Assembly: GCA_964016885.1 (NCBI GenBank)
Contig: OZ024751.1
Coordinates: 6,448,001-6,512,000, forward strand
Origin: Eledone cirrhosa
Taxonomy: Eukaryota
Reading direction: 5' to 3'
DNA length: 64,000 nt
The notes beneath the pieces were generated by a model. The model was not told the origin of the DNA. It was given only the letters and a program-made list of their open reading frames with translations, and did not search any database. Shown one piece after another: positions 57,332-64,000 of the stretch (the first letter of the stretch is position 1; each line of letters opens with the position of its first letter). The translations under genes and the position numbers were made by a program.

Positions 57332-57500
57332 TATATACATTCATATATATATAGCTATTTCAGAGCAACAATTCTAATTTATATATATATATATATATAT
57401 ATGTATATAGTAATAATAATAAATTTGAAGACTAAAATCCAAAGAGGGTACGATGAGGATAAATATATATCAAATATATAAGAACTGTAGAGCAAATATT

Positions 57501-57639
57501 TATTAAAATAACAGATTAAAGTTTAAGCAAAGAATCGCTGCTTTCACCCTTAGCGGGATTTTCTGAAACGGGTTTCAGAAGATCCCGTTAAGGGTGAAAG
57601 CAGCGATGCTTTGTTAAACTTTAATCTGTTATTTTAATA
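57501..57639. repeat. Palindrome of a pLTR-like sequence also present at ~26060-26130
   Basis: Mirror centred near 57570; AGAAGA-TCCC-gttaa-GGGT-GAAAGC is an HHR-like remnant. Confidence 0.8.
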
Positions 57640-57657
57640 TATATATATATATAAAAT

Positions 57658-57750
57658 AATTGTTTCTACGTTAGGCACAAGGCCAGCAATTACCCAGTGT
57701 ATTACTGGTACTTTATTTTATCGACCCCGTAAGGATGAAAGACAAAGTTA
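57658..57750 (-). mobile_element. SINE family 1, 3' half
   Basis: TTGTTTCTACGTTAGGCACAAGGCCAGC..ATCGACCCCGTAAGGATGAAAG. Confidence 0.85.
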
Positions 57751-57932
57751 ATATGAAATAATAAAATGTGGAGAGGAGGCACAGGAGTTAGGATATATAT
57801 ATATGTATATGAAAATAGGGAGAGAGAAACACAAAAATAAAACATTTCGTTTTAATCATTTTCTAACACAGAAAAAAGCGAGAGAGAAACAAAAAAGGAA
57901 ACAAATATATAATCGTTTCTCTCTCTCCCTGT

Positions 57933-58006
<74 letters not shown>

Positions 58007-58129
58007 TTTGAGTATATGTAGGTTGTTTACCTGTCTCTAGCACACCAATTCGAACTGCCTGTAGAGGTTAAAGCCAATGATGGCTGTCACCGAAATATAT
58101 ATGGCAGTACATATTTAATAAACGAAGCC

Positions 58130-58442
58130 AACTCTTCTACTTGCATGTTCAGCTACCCCTTCCCTCCACAAATTGCCATGATAGAATTATTATGTCTCAA
58201 CAACAAACTTTTGATCAATCCTTGTGACAATCATTTTTACCATATATGGAATTACTCCCTGAGAAGCTCGGCTATTCAAATATAAAAAATCAAAATTTTT
58301 ATTTAGTCCAGAATTAGCCGTCGAAACGGCTTGAGCTCAGCCGTCGGGGTCCTACTCGTTCCTATTACTCACTCTACTACCCTAAGTATTGAGTACTTTG
58401 GTGCGTTATGGTGCACCTGGTTCCTTACCATATTTCCTTCGT

Positions 58443-58494
<52 letters not shown>

Positions 58495-59280
58495 ATTCAA
58501 AATATTAATATATGAAGATATTCTCATAATCAAAATATATGCTTTATTATATATATTGTTCGAAGGTTGTGTGTTGTTTTTTCAGTACGTCCTCACCGGA
58601 CATTCCGCTCGCAATGTGAACGTCTGCCGCCTGATTGCATGCTGTGGATCATTTGATGCTCAACTGCGGGCTGAGCAACACACGATTCCCCAGCTACAGT
58701 CATGCACCGTTTCGGTTTGAACTCCCCACCCTTCTGCCTCTAGCCCCTGACTGACACCACTATCCACTAACCACCCCTACCTACCACTAATTTAGCTACC
58801 CGACCTCGCTTTGCCTCCTTATCTGCCTCTCTTCTTTGTTTAACGTCTATCTTCCACGCTAGCATGGGTTAGACGGGAATTGTCCCACTTGAGGCAAGAT
58901 TGGCCGGGTGACCGTGTCTCGCTCGTATAGGACTATCTGGCAGGTTTTGGTATTATGCTGGTACCATAACATCCAGTCCAAACTAATGAGCTCGTGTTTA
59001 CACCCTCACTTATATCTATAATTCACCCCACGTCCTTTTCTTCTTTAAGTTTTTCATAGTATTATTTGTGGTATATAAATGTTGAGATTTGATGTAATAA
59101 ATCACTGCTAATACAGGAATTGAGCTATCAAGACCGTAAAGGTATGTCATATATCAAATCATGTATTTTATCTGATGAGGACGTACTGAAAAAACAACAT
59201 ATTACCTTCGAAAGAATATATATAATAAAGCATATATTTTGATTATGTGAATATCTTCATTTATTAATATTTTGAATAAT
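58130..59280 (+). repeat. Inverted duplicate of 52570-53710 (family C pLTR + (TA)n + neighbouring unit)
   Basis: Near-identical reverse complement that crosses the microsatellite junction. Confidence 0.88.
58254..58350 (+). ncRNA. Family C hammerhead motif
   Basis: ACTCC-CTGAGAA-GCTCGGCTATTC..GAATTAGCCGTC-GAAA-CGGC-ttgagctca-GCCG-TC-GGGGT. Confidence 0.65.
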
Positions 59281-59440
59281 ATAAAAAATTCCAGGAAAAA
59301 ATACTGTTGAGTGCTTTTAATCTATTGTAAAACTATTTATTTAGTAATCAATGAACCATATTAATATTTGGTTATGTATATACACCTATAGATATATATA
59401 ACTATATATACATGTATATATATACACACACATATATACT

Positions 59441-59474
<34 letters not shown>

Positions 59475-59544
59475 ATCATACTTAATTTAGGTTTCAATCT
59501 TTAGTAATTAAGTAATTTCAATATTTAGTGATTAAGTATCATAT

Positions 59545-59900
59545 GAGTTGAGGATAGCCGGACGGGTCTGAAACCCCCCGGTGAGTTAGATAGGGGATGC
59601 CTGCCCTTGCATGCGAAGACTGGACCCGGCGGAGTGAGTGGTCGAGGATAACATCGTCCCAACAGTCACAAACGCGGCAACAGCAAGCGGCGTGGAACGC
59701 TAGGGCACGGCAAGGCACTACAGACGTCGTGGCCATCCACTGCAGCCAAGGAAGTCTCTGATCGTGACAGTCCTCCGTACCAGCGAATTCTGGCTTCTGC
59801 TTCCGAGTGAGTGGGACCGTCACTCTGCATTGGCCCTCCCACTATAAACCTTTCCCGCACAGGTTTCTTCTTTAGCGTGCACTCCCAAAGCCCTGCAGCG
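59545..59900 (-). mobile_element. Degenerate CRE-like LINE fragment (region before the RLE)
   Basis: GC-rich; fragments with Cys/His residues and ..ARAGIP.. typical of the zinc-knuckle-to-RLE region. Confidence 0.45.
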
Positions 59901-60050
59901 ATCAGCGAGCGGTGGAGGCAACCTCTTCCCCTCCCCCACTGTCCCCGGACCTTCAAGTCAAGTATCGGCCTCCACAGCCACCTTCGTGCTCACGGCAGTC
60001 GGGAACAACAATAAAGAAGATGTCATCATCGTTTACAATGGACAACCAAG
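59900..60050 (+). mobile_element. 3' end of an RTE-like LINE
   Basis: C-terminal zinc-finger-like PHCPRTFKSSIGLHSHLRAH followed by a short CATCATCGTTTACAATGGAC 3' UTR. Confidence 0.55.
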
Positions 60051-60615
60051 ATTCTATCATAGGGCATATAAACTGAAGCATGAAGAAGACTGTAAATATT
60101 ACGACCTGCTCGTCATTGCCGTATATTTCATGGGTGACACTTTAATCTCAATAGGACAACATTAAATAAATATATAGCATGTTATTCGCAATATATTCTA
60201 CACAATTCGTGGATATTCAGGCGTTTGAAATACTGATGATTAAAATAAATTAATATACGATCTCTAATACAATTAGATTTTCAATCAAACCAAGAAGATA
60301 ACTAATACACATATGGCTATACTAAATACATTTTAAAATGGCATATCTATAATACCGTAAAGGGAGGAGTGCGGTACAGCGTGCGGTTTATATCTTTTAA
60401 TCGCGTTAGTAAAATAAGTAGGATTATTTTGAATAAATAATGAATGAATAATACATAATTTATGTACTAAATTTCGTAACACATGATTAAACATAAATAA
60501 TTGTATTGTTTATTTCAAGATTCAGTTCTTTTAAAAGATTCAAATTTCAATACTTCCTGTATATCACCACACACACACGCACACACACACACAGATACAT
60601 ACACACACACACACA

Positions 60616-60673
<58 letters not shown>

Positions 60674-60728
60674 GATTCGACATACATGTTTATATATATA
60701 TATATATATATATAGATTCGACATACAT

Positions 60729-60825
<97 letters not shown>

Positions 60826-61249
60826 GAAAGACATGAAGAGATGAGCATGTTTTCAACGAGCTGTCGTGTATATGTGTATGTGCATATACATACATTTATA
60901 TGTATGAGTGTATAACTAATCGTGCAAACACAAACACACAAAAATATAAACTCACAGACATACACTCACACAAATATACATACTTACACACAAACACACA
61001 CATACACATTCACACAAACACACATTTGTAGTTACAGTTGTATAAAAATGTAATAACATAATGATTACAGAACAAAACAGAAACAAATATAATATATACA
61101 AAGGAAAGGGAAAGGAAAAAAGAAAGAGAAAAGCACAGTAGCAGGTAATACACATATCTAGGATCACATACAACACACAAGCAGGTAATACGCTCATCTA
61201 GGACACATACAACAAAAGGCAGGCGAAAGGGGTGGACAAACGAGCAAAA

Positions 61250-61690
61250 AGTAACAATATCACGGGGAGCACAGGGAAATATCTAATAATTTTGAGGCAC
61301 GCCAGTATACTCGCAGCTCCCTCATGAGTATCACCACTTACCTCGTTTAGGCGGGCTACCAGTGAAGATAAGAATCTCGCTGTCAGTAGCCCGACTCCCC
61401 CAAACATCTCGAGCACCACAGCCTGGAAAATGTAGTTAGCCGGTAGATGGCTGTATTTTAGGATTTTCTTCTGTTCAGTTGCGGATGCTGTAGTTGTCAC
61501 CCTTACCCCTGCGCCAGGATGTGGGAAGAAGCAAAAGAATCACTAACTGTGATGTCCCACACAAGGCATCTACCTCTTGAGCAGGGGTATATGGTAAGAT
61601 CGTGAGGTCTTTTCCCATCAATTCTGGACAACCCAGTTAGTTTCAAAATTGCGGGGATGTTTGCCCGGGCGAAAGCTCTTAAGTGATAAT
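61250..61690 (-). mobile_element. CRE-like LINE restriction-like endonuclease fragment
   Basis: RANIPAILKLTGLSRIDGKRPHDLTIYPCSRGRCLVWDITVSDSFA / EQKKILKY..FQAVVLEMFGGVG. Confidence 0.75.
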
Positions 61691-61751
61691 AGGACAGAGT
61701 GTGTATGTGCACGCGTATGAGTTTGTTGGCATTCTTAAATTAGAGACGTGT

Positions 61752-61782
<31 letters not shown>

Positions 61783-61964
61783 CATATATATATATATATA
61801 TGTGTGTGTGTCATATATATATATATGTGTGTGTGTGTCACCGTTTTAAAGTTAGAGACATATATGTGTGTATCCCCTTCCTTCCTTTTGCACACATACA
61901 TACACACAAACACACACATACATTTCATGACGGACGGATGGACAGAAGTTGCTCAAATTTATAT

Positions 61965-62095
61965 ACATGTGAATGGAATTCCACTGAAGCAGTTCAAGTA
62001 TCTCAGGGCCTTGTTCATGACAAGTCGCAGGTAGGAGGCTGAATTAAGTGCAAGAAATGCAAAAGCTGATGCAGATAGCTGGATAACATCCATGA
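61965..62095 (+). mobile_element. RTE-like RT C-terminal remnant
   Basis: NGIPLKQFKYL..EAELSARNAKA resembles the FKYLG..EIxxRIxKA motif. Confidence 0.4.
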
Positions 62096-62326
62096 GCTTG
62101 GCTGGTCACGCTTTGGGATCCAGCTGGATCAGTTAGATATGTTTTCTTCTGACAAACTCGCTGGAAGGAGTGTTTGAGAAGGACTCTGCCCCCACGACCT
62201 TCTCAGAAATAAGTTGGTGAAGAAGAAGATATTGTCAATTTACTTTTCAATTTACATATCATATCTGTAAGCATATATATTTGCGTATAAAACCAATACG
62301 CACACTACATATGCTAGCATAAAACC

Positions 62327-62378
62327 GCCTGAGGGCGGTTTTTCTGCTAGTTAACTAGCAGAAAAACCGCCCTCAGGC
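62327..62378. repeat. 52-bp perfect palindrome
   Basis: GCCTGAGGGCGGTTTTTCTGCTAGTT/AACTAGCAGAAAAACCGCCCTCAGGC. Confidence 0.92.
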
Positions 62379-62726
62379 TGTAAAACAGCCTCCTTGCGCT
62401 ATAACTAAGGTTCCACAGTCACATAAAAATAACAATCGTGTCACAAATAGACGCTCTATATATTTATACGCGTTGTTGATACTGTGGTTGTCGTTTCTTA
62501 ACTCCAGATCATCTCGGATCTATAGGAACTATGATCAATGTTCGATCCCGTGTCATTCTCTTTCAAAGATAAAGAATCTAGAAATACACAGCAGCTTCGT
62601 TAATTTGTTTAACCGTTTATCATTTAAACCGGTTATATCCGGCGCGAATTCTCTCACATCTTTTTGTTCACATCAACTGTAACCGATCACTCATTCCAAT
62701 GTTAAAGTATGGTTCTCAAATAAATA

Positions 62727-62820
62727 ATTGTTTCTACTTTTGGTTCAGGCCAGCAATTATCCGAGTGCATTACCGAAGTATTGTGTCTGGCGCTCTACCG
62801 ATACTGTTAATCTACGCCTC
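62727..62820 (-). mobile_element. Internally deleted SINE family 1 remnant
   Basis: ATTGTTTCTACTTTTGG..GGCCAGCAATTA joined to CTCTACCGATACTG. Confidence 0.55.
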
Positions 62821-63431
62821 AAAATAAATAATACCAAAATCGCATAGATTCGATATTATGTGATAGTATGACGAAAGATAAATGCTTTAATGTGAAAATA
62901 CAATAGTAAATATAGAGTAATGTAGATGCTAAATGGTTAAAGATACTGTTCTATGATATGAGGGTGGTATGGTGGTTGTTTTTAAAACGTCGGGTGGTCA
63001 TACAGAGTCTTCTTCGGTGGCACATGTTTACAACGTTAAATTACAGAAGATCCGAGGGAATATATTTTTACGATTTAAGAGAAAAGGCGTAATATTTTTG
63101 GCGCAATATAATCGTATATAAACTGCTATCTAGATCAATATGTCAAAGGCGGGTCTTAATGTACACAATGAACCAGAATATAAATGCAAGCACCCATAAA
63201 TTAATGGGGCGTTCTCGTGGCTATTTAATCCTGGCGGATTATATATATATATATATACATCAAGATGGAATCTGTTAGACCAGTACTCAAAGGAATGCTC
63301 GATACTTGGGGTAGTAGAGTATATTATAAAGAGTCGGGATCCGTCGGTTGAGCACTTGTCATTGGAACAGCTAATTCCAGAGTCTAGGTGTTGAAACATC
63401 AAGAACTTAGCCATCGGGGGCAGGGAGCTTT

Positions 63432-63560
<129 letters not shown>

Positions 63561-63636
63561 CATATATGTTACGCCGTAGCCTTATATTTCTGTTTCAATT
63601 TCAAACTTCACTCGATGCTTTCTAAACATACTACCA

Positions 63637-63669
<33 letters not shown>

Positions 63670-64000
63670 TGTGTGTGTGTGTATATATGTGTGTGTATAT
63701 ATATATATGTATATATATGTGTGGTGTGTGTGTGTGTTTGGAGAAAATATAATTGGCGGAACGTGCATACCATTTCATATGTGTGTCCACCTGCACGAAT
63801 GAAATGCCAGTTTATAATAAATAAGCTCTCTTGCAATAGATTGAACACTGTCTTTCTTGATATTTCATCTACGGATTTATACACACGGACATATATATAC
63901 ATATATGTGTGCGTATCTTATACATGTGATTATATATCCAAATAAACATGCACTTTATTTTAAACTAGTTACATTTTCTGTCGTCAGAAACTAGGCTACT

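Noticed and set aside
62321-62345. Rho-independent terminator
   Set aside because: Eukaryotic repeat context with no upstream gene; better explained as part of a palindrome.

Overview
AT-rich, repeat-saturated animal genomic DNA with no host protein-coding exon that I can recognise. The SINE families and the very long (TA)n/(CA)n tracts suggest a cephalopod such as Octopus; this is an inference from recalled repeat motifs. The window is a nested collection of retroelements. There are about ten Penelope-like elements (PLEs; RT plus C-terminal GIY-YIG) from at least four families, mostly lying between (TA)n microsatellites and showing typical direct or inverted pseudo-LTR (pLTR) structures. There are also two CR1-type LINEs, CRE-like and RTE-like LINE fragments, and two tRNA-derived SINE families. 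The most striking hidden layer is RNA. About 20 type I hammerhead ribozyme (HHR) motifs, plus several degenerate ones, can be folded by hand. They fall into distinct architectures: minimal motifs with a palindromic stem III, U3-A8 core variants, motifs with very long stem-II insertions, and a full-stem-III family with a palindromic loop. Some lie in non-coding tandem units resembling retrozymes or in fold-back palindromes. Almost all IYIY/CVCV/HTHT ORFs in the ORF track are microsatellite artefacts.
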